Source of the DNA: Octopus vulgaris
Taxonomy: Eukaryota
Direction: 5' to 3'
Assembly (NCBI GenBank): GCA_951406725.2
Contig: OX597818.1
Location: forward strand, 139,872,001 to 139,936,000
Length of the DNA: 64,000 bases
Part shown: positions 38,762 through 53,100 of the stretch, in pieces
Layout of the letters: every line of letters begins with the position of its first letter
Numbering within the stretch: the stretch's first letter is position 1
Notes under the pieces: model-generated
The model's input: the letters and a program-made list of their open reading frames with translations, nothing else
Database searches by the model: none
What the model was told of the DNA's origin: nothing
Position numbers and translations under genes: made by a program

Positions 38762-39095
38762 TTATTATTATATGTAGAAAAATACAAACTGGGACAAGAA
38801 CGCAAAACACTTAGAAGACGATACAAAAAACACGGACGGGACATTCGAAGCCCTCAATCTTCAGTCAAGAACCGGATCATCGTAGCAATTTCGGCTGATT
38901 AATCTTGAGATCGCTCCGATCCGGCCAGCCCCCAGGAAAACTAAGCTGCGAGCATTAGATTTCTTGGAAGAAGGATCGAATGTATACGAAATAGGGACAG
39001 AAAAACGGACGATGCCACCCGAATATAAAATACAAAAAACAAAAATGAAATACAAGAAGCAATAATGGTAAAAACAGGACAAGATATATATATAG

Positions 39096-39129
<34 letters not shown>

Positions 39130-39626
39130 TTATACATAACTTGTACACTAAGCTGACATGAAGATGTGAATTTTTATGAGCAACATCTCCGAAACCCGCA
39201 ACGCTTCTTTGATAATAAGTCCTTACCTATGTTATCTTAATAAATGTCTATGTGACAATCTGGAAGAGCTGCTATGTTTAAGGGAAGAATGAGAGCGACT
39301 GATATGCATTTTTTGTGTCACAGTCAGTGAATGGCACAGTAAACCATGCATGGCATTCCTAAAGATCAACATGTAACAATTATCTTTGTTATTATTAAAA
39401 TTCTAGCGCTAAAGCTTCTGTTTTCATTCCTAGAAACCATCCTGGTCCTTCCTGGAACATTCCTAGTGAGTGAAAAGGTGAAGATACATATATTCAAACA
39501 TTTATACATACATACATACATACATACATACATACATACATACATACATACATACATACATACATACATACGTACATACATACATACGTACATACTTTTT
39601 TTCTCTCATTGTTTCTTTTCTGTGTA

Positions 39627-39664
39627 TCTTTCTGTTGAAGAGCGTAGGCTCGAAACGTAAAAGA
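39627..39664 (+). ncRNA. Minimal type-I hammerhead-like motif (variant core CUGUUGA)
   Basis: tcttt-CTGTTGA-a-gagc(gtag)gctc-GAAAC-GTA-aaaga. Stems I and II pair perfectly, with palindromic acgt stem III. Confidence 0.65.
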
Positions 39665-41274
39665 CTTGTTTTATTTATATTCCTGAGCGCCATACTAATA
39701 CAATTGTTTGTTTGTATTCCACCTGCCTTCGTCTTTTGTTTATTTTCATAAAGCTTCCCGTCATACGTACATATAGATATATATGTACTTCTGTTTTTAG
39801 TGTCTGCTGTTAATACATTACATTGAATCCACGAGTTCCAAGGAAGGGAGACACAATGATATTTAAGTTGCCTTTCGTGGTAGTCAAGAAACCGAACCAT
39901 GTTGGCTTGGTATCAAGCGATATATAATATGACCATTGTTTTGTGTTCCTAAAAGAGGCAACATGGATTTCGTGTTTATAATATTTTCTCTCCTTCATTA
40001 TAGGTGTTGAATGGTTCATAATAAGATATTTTAGGGTATGACATATGTCGCAGTGCTTTCAATATTTTTTTTAATATGTGACAGTATCTAGAATAAACAA
40101 TGAGATTCGTTGTTTCTACCAGATTTACTTTCAGAGTGATGTAGTATTTTAACCGTAGTAGTGTTTCAAAAGCTCATGTGCTGATATCACGTGTTACAGT
40201 TGCTGAAAGGTTTAGGAACGACTCAATTTACATATGCGTTGAAACCATCGGGAAGAGATTTATTTATTCACGACTATTTCTGCACACTCTTAAAATATGA
40301 AAAAAAATATTATTGAAAATAACCGATTTATATATGTCTTTTACACTAAACATATTTCGTGTTTTGAAACAAAATGGCGAATTAAAACACTTCATGCAAC
40401 AATGGCGGTATTAATGTCAATACTTCAATATATTTAAGTTTCATTTTGATTCTGGAAATCTACTTACATTTGAATAGATAGAATAACAAGAAGGTGACGA
40501 ATTTCAGTCGTAAATAAGGATGTGATATAGAATAAATGAAACTTGTGAAAAATCCAACAAAGATATAAATTTTATGTACATAATATAAAACAAACACGCT
40601 AACGTATACACGAAAATCGAATAATTTACATAAACAAACCCTACAGAAGCTAACATGCTGTTTATATTTGAACGTACATATACGTGAACATACGTAGTCA
40701 CACGTATATATGCACGTACATACGTGAGCATACATACACGCACGTATAAAAAAGAATGACGGTATATCAAATGACAGAGAAGTTAATTCCTAGATTTACT
40801 GAAATTATTGCGCCTTCGAGATAAGAAAGAATGCGTTGTAGCACTTGCAATCAACTCGAAATCAGATGGTTGGAAGGATCTCAAAGCGTAAAAATTCTTC
40901 TAAATTGACATTTCATTCAGAAAATGATTGTCTGACAGCCTGGAGATAACAGCACAGATGAGCGGACGTGTTTCTGCCTCAATATGTGTTATTAGCACAG
41001 CTGTCGCCCTACTAAATGAAATACATATATATGAAAAGAATGGAGTACGTTTATTCCGTTGGTTAATTTGAACAATAGACAAAAATAAGAGGCAAAAGTG
41101 GGATAACAGAAATAATTCAGGGATACCAGTAGCATGAATATGGATGTCAGTAGCATGAAAGGAGTACTGGTATATTATAACTCAAACAGGGTAAATTCAT
41201 TATTTAGTGAGAATAAAAAAAAAACTTGTATCTGTGTATGTATGTTTATATGCATACACACATTCATATATTGT

Positions 41275-41316
<42 letters not shown>

Positions 41317-44300
41317 CACACACAAACAAACACACACACACACATGCGAACTTTAGGTTAGTTATATGTTTGTGATATGTTGCAACTTCAAAAGGCAAAT
41401 TCACAGGAGTTACCATAGGGAAAATATTTTCTCTTATAGTAACTGGTGTAAAAACACCATATCTGCCCACTGTTGCCCACTATCGGATTTTCAGACGCAG
41501 CGGTGGGAAATACCGAAGTGAGGTACTTCTGAGCATATCTAAAGCTGTAACTTTAACTAAATGACTGTTAACAACACTGACTCACCTGCGCTATTAGACC
41601 ACTACGTCGGAAGAAATTCAGCGGTATCAACTCTCTTATGATAACAGGCGTATAAGCGTCATATCTGCCCTGTGTTGCCCCCTGCCGGATAGCTCTTTAG
41701 CCGCTCTCAACGGGAAATACCGAAAACAGATAACTCTAGGTACACTAAAAGCCGTAACTGCGCAGGCAATGTCAAGGGAAATGGGTCGGGGAGAACTACA
41801 ATGCAGTACAAATATTTGATCCCTAATAGATTAATCATCCGTAAAATTTATTCAGCAAGAAGTCACATAGCACTAAACTCTCATTTACCAATATATATAC
41901 ATATATACATCTATATAAGTGTGCTTGACAGTGGCAATGAAACTGTGAGAGATAGAGAGGGGGAAAGAGAGGGGGAGAGAGAGGGAGGGCAAAAGGATGG
42001 ATATTTGTGTACGTGTGCATCTTGTGAATGCACCGTGCTCGTGAAATCCTCTGAAACTAAATATTCATCCGCTTATATTACATAATTTCAACCATATTTT
42101 CTAATTGTATTGTCTGAGTATATTTTACTAATTGGCTGTATTTCAGAAATCTCCATTTAAATATTTTAATTAGTTAATTGTCTTCATGAAAAAAAAAACT
42201 CGTTTCTTCTCTGTCCACCTGATGAGTAACTGGTATTTTACTGCACATTTTACTCAGCCTATATTTGTAAAGAAATTTTTTCTTCGGGTTTAGTTTTTTA
42301 ATCTCACGTATGCAGCATCCTAACACCAGATAAGATATCGCTTACAAAATCATTTCCGGAACTGACAGATGTTGCTTATAGCTTACTCTATACGTTCGTT
42401 CTTTATTTTCTTTCTCCCTTCTGCCTGTTTTTCTGTCTGTCTGTCTGTCTGCCCTTCACCCATCTCCCTCTATTGTCTTCTTATTGTCATCACAATTCTG
42501 GACTTCACGCTTCTGTTTTTTTCTTTCTTAATTATCAATTATATTCTAGCTCTACCACGTCAGTCACTCAAAGACAGTTATATTGGATACGCACACCTAC
42601 ATGCATAAAAAGATTCATAGGTGCATATAGGCACATATAATAATTCATCCCCCACATTCATACCAACACACAATAACTTGTATACATACGTACGTACATG
42701 CATACATACATACATGCGTATGAATTCTGTCAAATTTGCCTAGTGGAAAACATGCAGCTCTAATTTTATATCCACGCATGCAAAAATATACAAGGTACTC
42801 CCAAGTAACGAATCCCTTGCTTGTTTACTTGTTCTGCACCAATAACAACATTGCTTGGTTACAGACAGATTAGCTGAGGACTGTCGTCTATTCTTAATCA
42901 GAAGGACTGTAGACTGAGTCTTCTATTTACAAACGTCTAAATTGTGGACAATGTCAATGAAAAGGTAATTGCTTTTCAAAGATCCAACACTCCAGTGGTG
43001 AAATACTAACGCTTCAGCTGTCGTAATCTGAAACCTCGATAGTTTGTTTTTATTAATTAATCACTGTAGTGACAATGTATGTTCAATTTGTTTTGGCTGG
43101 ATATTGACGTCTGTTTAAGTCGGTGAGTGAGGGCCTATGTCTAGTATTTGAAATTCTGCGAAAGCAGCATTGTACTGCGTAGTGCCAGGTCTGAGAATGC
43201 ATAGAGATGTTTCTTGAATGAGAAAAATGCGTATCAGGTGGTCTTATGTGTAGTAGAGGTATTGCAGTGATGCAGGGGATACAGAAGGAAAATAACAAAA
43301 CATTGAGACCATTTGTGTAGCTGCTGGTTGCAGTGTCTTTCTGAAAATGTGTGTAACTACAGCACTCTCCCATCCATATACAAGGGCATTTCACCTAACT
43401 GCATCACGTTTTTCAATGCAGGGTGTCAACAAACAAAGGGGTTAAATGTATGTTATATTTGCATCAAATAAGAATCTTTGTCTTTCGGATGCAGGTTTCT
43501 CTACAGTGTTAGATTTTTCAGTTTGACACGAGATATGAGATAATCTAATGTCTAGCATTTCTATTAACTTTCAGGGATATCTTTGCGTGTCATTCATTGA
43601 TTGGTGCAGCGATTATACCTTTGTATAAGAGATTGCGGAAGGGAAATAAATTACTGTTGGTTGATTTGGTAGGGAAATTTCCGGCGTTGTTGGCTATTGT
43701 TATTTCTTTAGAGGGAGATACTATAGAGGCTTTAATAATGAGACCACAAAACAGCAAAACAACTGAGATATGTGAAGCGTGAGAATGGCACCCGTCTTGA
43801 AGAGTTAAGATTAACACTAGAAAGAAAACAGCAGGATGCGGCTTGATCTCTCACGCACAAGTTTTGAAGGGTCTGCAAAAGGTCACGTGTGCTGCTCTTC
43901 CTTCTCTCACCAAAGCATACAAATAAAAATTCCGCCAACTTTTGATATGGCTATCGCTTTTCGAAATGTAAGCCAAGGATTATTTGCTGAAGTGAAAAAA
44001 AAATCAATAGAAATATAGATTTAACAAGCAGTAAATTGCCAAATATATAAACTAAATAAAAGAAAGAATATTACGAATATTAAAGATAACTCAATAAATG
44101 TGTACATAAATACGAGAAAAAAAATCCGCCATGTTTTGCAACTGTTGTTGTTAGTAGAAATGTTAGTAGAAATAATTAGATAGTTGTTTATGTGACATCA
44201 GAGTTCCATTCACGACGTCAAGCGTAGATGGAGCATAGTGTAATATTTCAATACGAATAAATGGCTGCCGTATAGCATTGCTCGCCGAGGCTTCTCCACT

Positions 44301-44456
44301 ACAGGCGGCAAACGTTATAAAATGTATGTGTGTGTGTGTACATGCACATACACACGCATGCACGCGAACATGCTTGTATGTATATATATATATATATCTC
44401 TATCTCTCTCACCCGATCTGTGTCTCTTACTCTCTCTCTTTCTCTCTCTATGTATA

Positions 44457-44490
<34 letters not shown>

Positions 44491-44849
44491 TATGTATGTA
44501 TGTGTATGTATATATATGCATATACATACATACGTATGTATATATATATATACTGACATTATAGGAAGAGTTATTGCTGTTATTATTGATGCTGTTGTTT
44601 AATGGTAGGGCTGTCTGTATTAGTATCAACCGAATTAAGAATAGTTTATCCCGATTCAGCTAAATGGGGAAATTCAAAACCTTGCTATAATATCCTCTTC
44701 TCTTATTTTTGTTTGTATAATTTTTTTTTGTATAATTTGTTTATTTCTTTTTATTTTTTATTCGTCTCTTTTTTATTATTTATCTCTTTTTTTGTTTTTC
44801 TTCTCATCATCAAAACTAGCGCTGCGTCACAATAACCAATACCGACAAT

Positions 44850-45620
44850 TTCCAACTCTACAACATCTTCACTACTGCAAATGCCATCAACACCATGAAA
44901 CCATTTAAGTTATCATTTACTGCGATCGCTACCACTACTACGACTACTTATACCAACAGTATAGTAACACTTATGCAAACATCCCTTCAGACGATGTTAC
45001 CACGACGAAGTGACAACCAGTGTTGCTGTTAACATTGTCAACTTCATTATCGCCATCACCATCACAAACACCACCGTCGCCGCCACAACCCCCCCCCCCC
45101 CCATAAACCTCAACTCCTACCACCATGGCTACCGCCGCTGCTGCGTCGGTGTCGCCACCACTACCATCAGCTCCACCACCATCCACCATCAACACCGCTT
45201 TGAAAATCATACCTGCTTGCTGCTACAAAATTACAACCAAGCCCCACAAGAGCCACCACTAGCGCCACCAGCGGCATCGCGGCCACCAGCGTCACTTACT
45301 TACGGTGCCGACGCCGCCTACAATACCGACATCACCTACGGTACCGCCGCCACCAGCGCCTCCAGTTGTACTGCCTCTACCATCACCAGCGCCACTTCTG
45401 CCACTATCGGCACCTCTACCAGCAGAGCTACCGATAATTCACCAACGGAATCACTACTATCTTTGCTTCCACTACATCCACCGACGCCAATGCCGCCAGC
45501 ATCAACACTGCTCTCATGAGCACCACCATCACCACCACAATATCTTCTACCAACTCTCTCTCTCTCTCTGCTAATATTATCACTATCATCATCGCCATAA
45601 TTACTAGCATCAACATCATT
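44850..45620. repeat. Decayed (ACC/CAC/CCG) low-complexity region
   Basis: Direct inspection. Confidence 0.7.
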
Positions 45621-45631
45621 ATCTACACTAT

Positions 45632-46036
45632 TAGGCGCAGGAGTGGCTGTGTGGTAAGTAGCTTGCTAACCAACCACATGGTTCCGAGTTCAGTCCCACT
45701 GCGTGGCATCTTGGGCAAGTGTCTTCTGCTATAGCCCCGGGCCGACCAATGCATTGTGAGTGGATTTGGTTGACGGAAACTGAAAGAAGCCTGTCGTATA
45801 TATGTATATATATATATATATGTGTGTGTGTTTTTGTGTGTCTGTGTTTGTCCCCCTAACATTGCTTGACAGCCGATGCTGGTGTGTTTAGGTCCCCGTC
45901 ACTTAGCGGTTCGGCAAAAGAGACCGATAGAATAAGTACTGGGCTTACAAAGAATAAGTCCCGGGGTCGAGTTGCTCGACTAAAGGCGGTGCTCCAGCAT
46001 GGCCGCAGTCAAATGACTGAAACAAGTAAAAGAGTA
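45632..46036 (+). mobile_element. SINE family C, full length (tRNA head, CORE-like segment, internal microsatellite)
   Basis: gtggctgtgtggtaag (A box), gagttcagtccc (B box), ttgggcaagtg. Matches the copy at 60521. Confidence 0.9.
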
Positions 46037-46141
46037 TTGTTAATATCATCACGATTAACCTCAACAGAAACTTTTCCACTGTCACCATTAGCAACACTAC
46101 TACTACTACTACAACTACTGCTGCTGCTGCTGCTGCTGCTG

Positions 46142-46180
<39 letters not shown>

Positions 46181-46747
46181 ATTTTGTCACCCATAAATCT
46201 ATGCGATGTGTAAATCACTCAAATTGATGCAACTTAGGCTTAGCTGGAAAAGCGCACGTTCTTTTTAAATTCAAGAATTTCACCAATCTGTTTAGTTCCA
46301 GATCCGAAATTTTCAGCAAATGCAAACAGATGGGCAAACATCTTTTGTCGATCTGGAGGACACCACCTGCTGATTTGAATTGCCTTTCTTGCAGATTTTG
46401 GAATCCTCACCTTTGAATTATTCCACACCAGTTATGTTAATTACGATTTCTACAGCCAAATAGCACACAACTCTTAGTTCCTTTTCTTTCCTTTCTTTTT
46501 CTCTATTTATTCAACATTTGTCTTCTCATCCCACTTTTTGAGTCAACCATCTCATTTTATTCCCATAGACTCTCATGTACCTACGTCTTGGATGAAACAG
46601 AACTAACCATGTATCCTGAGCCTGCAAGATTCCTTTGAGACACAACGTACGTTATATTAAATGTGTGCCCATAGCAAGAATTCATTAGTAACTCTCATTG
46701 TAATACTGAGTATATCAAATAATATATATGCATGTGTGAGTATATAT

Positions 46748-46864
46748 ATTAATCAATATAAGGGTAGCGAAAAATTCAATAGAAATTTTTTCGCCACCAG
46801 CGGTCCAGTGAGAAAGAGAAAATAGTCGCAGAATGAATTTTTTGCTACCCTTATATTGATTAAT
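46748..46864. mobile_element. Short fold-back/MITE-like element with 31-bp inverted termini
   Basis: attaatcaatataagggtagcgaaaaattca versus tgaattttttgctacccttatattgattaat (1 mismatch). Confidence 0.75.
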
Positions 46865-47249
46865 TAATGATTTTTGACTAATTCTGAAACTGAATCAGCA
46901 GTTTATATTTGCTGCTGACAAGTTGGAGCGTTTACGGTAGATTTTGAAAAGTTAGAGTATATATTCCCGAGGCATCATTGAGGCTGCCTCGTGGAATATT
47001 TATTCCCCCTGGTTTCCTTGCCGATGAGACGAACCAATGGTAGATTAACTTGATTAAATTAAATTTAATTTAATTAGGCTGGTTTGCCATAAATTACGTT
47101 GAAACAATGCATTGTCCAAGGATGATTAAGGTAAATGTTTTTGATTTTCCTTTAATTTCTGAATTACTACTATTTAGCGGTTTGAGTATGGCTGCTCTTT
47201 CTAGTGAGACGAATGGTCTATCAGGATCATTCCTTTATATTGTTGTAAG

Positions 47250-47323
<74 letters not shown>

Positions 47324-47559
47324 TATGTATATTATAAGCATCGACACACGACACATTCAGGTTGTCGATTAACAGTTTTCTTTTATAACATCGGAGTACT
47401 TAAGGCAAATCTCACAAACCGTAAAAAATATAGATGCGTGTACAAATTTCTACAAAAATACAGAAAAAATATACATACAAATACATATTAACATATAAAA
47501 ATATGTACATGAATATATAAGGAAAATTATGTTTTTTTTCTATTCTCTTTATTCCAAAT

Positions 47560-48100
47560 GAGGAGGACTTTAAGTCTATTACGTTTTCCCTGATGAATGA
47601 ACTTATTATGTGGGAGGTAGACAGGAATACTTTATCCATCCCCATTTTACAGTCTGCATCTCCTACTCTCATAACAATGGGGCATTTTACTAGCGCTCAT
47701 GGTCTTTGGCGGTTCATAAGTTGGAGGAGGACATCTTTAAGCTTTCGGTTGTTGTCAGTACTTGATGCAAGTAGCATTGTAAACAAGATGTTTTTGTTTG
47801 CTTGCGGCTTTGCCCATGTTTGGAAATGCAACCCGAAAAGAACTGTAGTAACAACTAGATCTTTCATCTCTGGGGCTTGCTGTTGTTAGTTCTACTATCT
47901 CTGTTTATGCCTGGTGCCTGTTGCCCTCTTATCTTACCTGCTGAGTACATGTTGCTCAAATAGCCTTTATTACCCCAAGAGTAGCAAAGGTGATTCCTAC
48001 ACTCTATCACTCTTTTTGACCATATCTCTGGTCTAAAATGGGGTACTTCTAGGGAGAGCCTTAATGTAATCGAGTTTAGTTGGACGTGGTTGTCCATTCT
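47560..48100 (-). mobile_element. Possible degenerate LINE AP-endonuclease fragment
   Basis: Minus-strand IVMRVGDADCKMG resembles the GDFNAKVG motif. Otherwise heavily decayed. Confidence 0.35.
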
Positions 48101-49699
48101 GAACCCCTCAAAGCTACATTATACGTTCATTCATGCCTGAATGCAAAAGTAATGTAAGCCAAGACCAGACCTTCGCGCTAACATTTATGCTTATGATCCT
48201 TATATTAATGAGACCCATGCAACGTGCGTCGTACTAGTTCTATTTCCCCAATCCTCAGGTTCAAAGTTCCCGTACACTTTTCTGTTTATCTTTTCCTTGT
48301 CTAAGTTGCACGCATCCTGTCACAAATCGGTTACAATTTCCTCTAACTCTTCCTTGAGAGCATATAGCAACCGCCACCACACTTTTGACAAAAAAAAAGG
48401 GACTTATGAAATTCTTCCGATGCCCTTCGATAAAAAAATATTATATCTTTTGTCACTTAGCTCATATATTTCCACTCTTTTTCCAAGCCAGGTCACATGT
48501 TTTGACTCATACCACTTGCGAAAACAGAATGGTATTCCTCTCAGCATTGCTTTTGCTCCTCCTTCAGTTTATTTTCCAAATGTAGCAAACATTATAGTTT
48601 TCTGCCTTCCATTATACTACTGTACGTGTTTAAGCTTGAAGCAGCGTTTATTTGATTCATTGTATGTTCTTTTCTCAATACCATATTTTGTCATCATACA
48701 AATTTTATTGAGCTGTGTTTACTCAAGTTAATGAAACTACTACTACTATTGTGGAGAAGACATCATCCTGCTACTTCTGTGACCACTATGAACCACGTGT
48801 AAATATATAAATCACTATTTGCCAGTAATATATATAGGCAGCGCAAACACTTAAAAGGAAGCACTTCCTCTACCTCACGGTAATCGAACGGACTCTGAAC
48901 AATTCACAAATTTTCATTCAAAAAATTTGCCACAAAAGATTCCTCGTTCATAAAGCAATCTTTTATAAAAATTCATTTTTCAAAACCCTCCCAGAGACAT
49001 CCACTTATAACGAAGAAATAGAGGAGCTTTTGAAAACTGAAACAATAAATGAACGACAGCATAAACACATGACTGCCTATGAGATAAAGTAGTGAAACAG
49101 AAGCACACATGCGCACAGGTGTATATATTGTCTGGTTTCGCACACTTTCACACTGGTACTCACGCAAAAGAAAGCGTTCAAACATACGAGCGCGCACATA
49201 TAGTTACGTTCTCTTACACATACACAGATGCAAGAAGAATGAAAACGTGTACACACACACATATGCGTACATACATTCTTTGCCTATCGAGCAAATGACG
49301 ACACAAATTGAAGAGAGAAAGATAACAAATACAAAAGAAATGAAATATTTTGTTATATTTCAAAAGGTAAAAAGAAAAGAAAGCAAATTTTGAAAAGAAC
49401 AACAACAACACCAGTAGCGTCAACAACAGCTGAAAAAAAAGAAAAAAAAAAGAAAATACCTAGAAAATAAAAATTTTCAAGATAAAATCTGAAAAAAAAA
49501 AGAATCGATTTTTAACCACATGTAAACTGGAAGTTAATAATAAAAATGTTGATTGATGTTTGACGACAGGAAGTGAAATATCCAATATTGTTATATTGAT
49601 GTTGTTATTCGTGCCTTTGTTATTATTGTTCTTAATACAACAATAGCAATAATAAAAATATAACAATGAAAAACATTAACATAATATTGAAGAATGAGG

Positions 49700-50030
49700 A
49701 AAAGACCATTAGAATAAAACCAATAACCATAAGAAAAGGAATATTCCAAGGAGATTTGTTGCCCACGCTACTTTTCGACGTTGCTCTGACCCAACTAATT
49801 TTCTTACGTTTATAAGTTACAGATTCTGTGGGCAAATTACGAATCGTCTATACTTGGACGACCTTAAAATTTTCACGAGAAATAATTTGAAAACCTAAAA
49901 CTTGTGCATAGTTCCATACATCATAGGATTAATTTGGGACGAGCAAACCACAGCACATACCCAAGGCACACAGAGCTGCGCTCAGTAATGCATTGAAAAT
50001 AAGACTACTGAATAATAATAATAATAATGA
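49700..50030 (+). mobile_element. R4/Dong-like LINE fragment (RT core joined to 3' end with (AAT)n tail)
   Basis: TIRKGIFQGDLLPTLLF and RLYLDDLKIF RT motifs. Ends ...gactactgaataataataat. Confidence 0.75.
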
Positions 50031-50307
50031 CAAGAAGAAGAAGAAAAGTAAGAAGTAAAAGAAGCACCTTTTCTGTTTGATTTCAGTCATGCCATTTCTA
50101 AACATATATGTTTATTAATGTAAAAATGGGTGGTAGCTATTAATTGTTGGTCTTGTGGTGCCATTGTTAGATGTTGATAGATATCACTTCCTAAGAATTG
50201 GGTGTATAGCAGTCATAGAAAACGAGAGACGAGAAGAAAGGGAGATAAGAGCGAAAGAGACAGGCAGGTATACAGGCGAGCGGGATAGAAAGACATAAAT
50301 ATCATTA

Positions 50308-50714
50308 TATTTCTTTATTGCCCAGAAGGGGCTAAACATAGAGGGGACAGACAAGGACAGACAAAGGGATTAAATCAATTACATCGGCCCAGTGCGTAAC
50401 TGGTACTTAATTTATCGACCCTGAAAAGATGAAAGGCAAAGTCGACCTCAGTGGAATTTGAACTCAGAACGTAGCGGCAGATGAATTACCTGTTTCTTTA
50501 CTACCCACAAGGGGCTAAACACAAACAGGACAAACAAAGACAGACAAACGGATTAAGTCAATTATAGCGACCCCAGTGCGTAACTGGTACTTCATTTATC
50601 GACTCCGAAGGGATGAAAGGTAAAGTCGACCTCGGCGGACTTTTGAACTCAGAACGTAACGGCAGACGAAATACGGCTACGCATTTCGCCCAGCGTGCTA
50701 ACGATTCTACCAGA
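50308..50714 (-). mobile_element. Two family-A SINEs in tandem or nested arrangement
   Basis: Two Tx1-like tails (at ~50310 and ~50492) and two cores. Confidence 0.9.
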
Positions 50715-52514
50715 TTCAGTAGAAGTTCTAAGAAAAGGAATTAAAATAGATATTAAGAGGAGTCTAAAATTTGAAACTATTTGTTTGTTCGTTGCGCTGT
50801 TATAGTATTGGACGAACTGGTTAGCAAAGTCAACACATTATTGAAATATGAGACAGAAATTGCAGGATATGTTGATGTTTCTTAGCTTCAGTTTTTGAAA
50901 GTGGCGGTAGATTTGTTATAGAAAACGAGCTACGATGAAAGACTGGTTAACTTATTTCATTTAATCATTTCTATTTGTCTTCCTGATAGATATATGAAAT
51001 GAATATATGCAGTATTGCGTCATTGCTGTGTTTACAGTATTTTATGTATGTGTTTTGCAGCGGTATATATGCTATTTGAGGTACTTAACTGCTTCACAAC
51101 AAACGATAACAAATAAAGAAAATAACTAACGTGCTTCGTCAACACGGATAACGAAATAAATACATCATTGTTGTGTTTACAGAATTTAATGGATACATTT
51201 TGCAGTAGTATATATTCCCTTGGTAGTGTTTAGTTGTCTTGTAAGTTTGTTAAAGTTTGTGCTGCACTTAACAAATTTCGTAGCTGTGTAGCTTAAGATT
51301 TCAACTGTTCATCTTTTGTAGCTGTTTTCCACACTGGAGAATGATCTGAAAATTGATTTATGAATTCTATGTGAATTTTGAAATTTACTAGCATAGAAAT
51401 GTAGCAAGAGTTGCTTTAAAGTCTTCCTAGTGGTGAAAGACGGCAGATGTTTGCATGTTCCAGGATCCAGAAGAATTTATGTACTCAAACACTCGCAGAT
51501 TTATAATTTTTATGATGATATATTTTTAAGCAACCTAAGGTGTGTTCTTGTGATAAAAAAGAAATGTTTGCGCGTTCGAGTAGTGAAAAAAAAATTATAT
51601 AATTACAGAAGATTGCATAATTTGAAGTTTAAAATTTATTTTTAAAGAAAATTTCAATAAACAAAAACATGGCAGTCTACGTGAAATCCACGCCGACTTC
51701 ATTGTGGCAAGGTTTTTCAATAATTTTCTCTAGTTTCCCATCTCAGTCTTCTAAAATGTTTACATTTGTTCTGTGGCCCTGAGAGAGCACCTACGGAAAC
51801 ACTTAACTTCGGGTTTTGAGAACAGAATGACCTTATATGCCTTTTTGAAAAATTCTGCTTCATAATACTTAGTCTAATTTTCTAACATGAGGAAATTTCT
51901 AATCTATAGGAGTTGTAGGTACAGGAGAAAATATTTCTCAATTCTCTTCTACTCTGTCTTCAAGCAAATCCACCATCTAGAGAGGAACGTGACTTAATTA
52001 CTGCTGAAGCTAATTCTAAAGCGTCAGCTCTCTTTTTTTCCTAGAGTGGCAACGCGAATAGTAACAATGATAACAACAATAAAACGGCAGAAAAAAAACA
52101 AACATACCAGCACCACCGCCTCTGCCGCTACCACCACAACAGCAACAACGATGAGAAAAACAATACGATATTGTAAACATCATCAAGGAAAACAGTAGTA
52201 GTAACAACTGTATCATCAAATGATAGGTTACTACAACCAGGAAATCGGTCTTGTTGTTTGTTTGTGTAATGCGACCGTGGATTCCTTTATCCTGGAAGAC
52301 GACACGAAGCTGAATCCAAGGCATCGGAATTGCTAAGCCAGACCGGACCTAATCGAACTTCTCAAAAAGGAACAAAAAAGGAAAGGAATACTTACCTATA
52401 AATGCACAAAGAAGAAAAACAGAAGGGTTGATAACCTAACAGTAGCACAAAAGGAGAGATACTTGAATAGTGTACCACCTGAAATGAGCTTTAACTACTT
52501 TATATTGAATTTGA

Positions 52515-52807
52515 GGAGCATCGCCCGGCGTTGCTCGGGTTTGTAAGGGAAATAACTATATAAGCATTTTTAGAGAGTTACTTCCCTTATATAATAGCAA
52601 AAAATGCATTAAAAATGGGAAAAAATGATGGTAATTTTTTTAAAATCGTAGACTCATCGTAGACGCGCGCTAATACCCAGAAGGGCTCGATATGAATCAC
52701 GACTATAAGATACCCGCTTTTGGTTACACTGCACCGCAAAATGTGGGAGTAGTTAGGAATCTAAATCGTAGGAGACAGACACACAACTTCACTTTTATAT
52801 ATAAAGA
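52515..52807 (-). mobile_element. Non-autonomous Helitron-like element
   Basis: Minus strand starts A|TCTTTATATATAAAA (52807). Ends with hairpin cccgagcaacgccggg (52524-52539). The terminal CTAG is lost. Confidence 0.7.
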
Positions 52808-53100
52808 TTTGAGGGGTAGAGTAAAATTGTTAGTATGAAAAGATTTCCTCCTCCACGAGGTTGTCTGAAATAAAAATGGAGGTGTAAGACGCAGCGGACG
52901 CAAAAGAAAAACAATGAAAATAAACAAAATCTTGCAAATGATCTCTGAATTAATTTACTTGAACAATGTGTACCTCATAAGTTATGTGATAGAAAACGGA
53001 GAGTGCAGCTGTTATTATTGAGGAAGTAACAATCACCAGAAGGCTTTCTGCTCTCTAGCACAGATTAATATCTCCACAGATTTAACATCAACAAATTCAA

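Noticed and set aside
38835-38940. Minus-strand CTGAAGA...GAAT and ggctg...cagccGAAA motifs
   Set aside because: Core and stems do not assemble into a consistent hammerhead. This is probably a repeat terminus.
42215-42250. CTGATGA-gtaa...ttac
   Set aside because: Stem II is present but no GAAA follows.
45010-45574. 169-aa Pro/Thr/Ala-rich ORF
   Set aside because: Decayed ACC-type low-complexity sequence with no domain or splice support.
46200-46430. Non-repetitive open stretch (62-aa ORF)
   Set aside because: No recognisable motif or splice sites.
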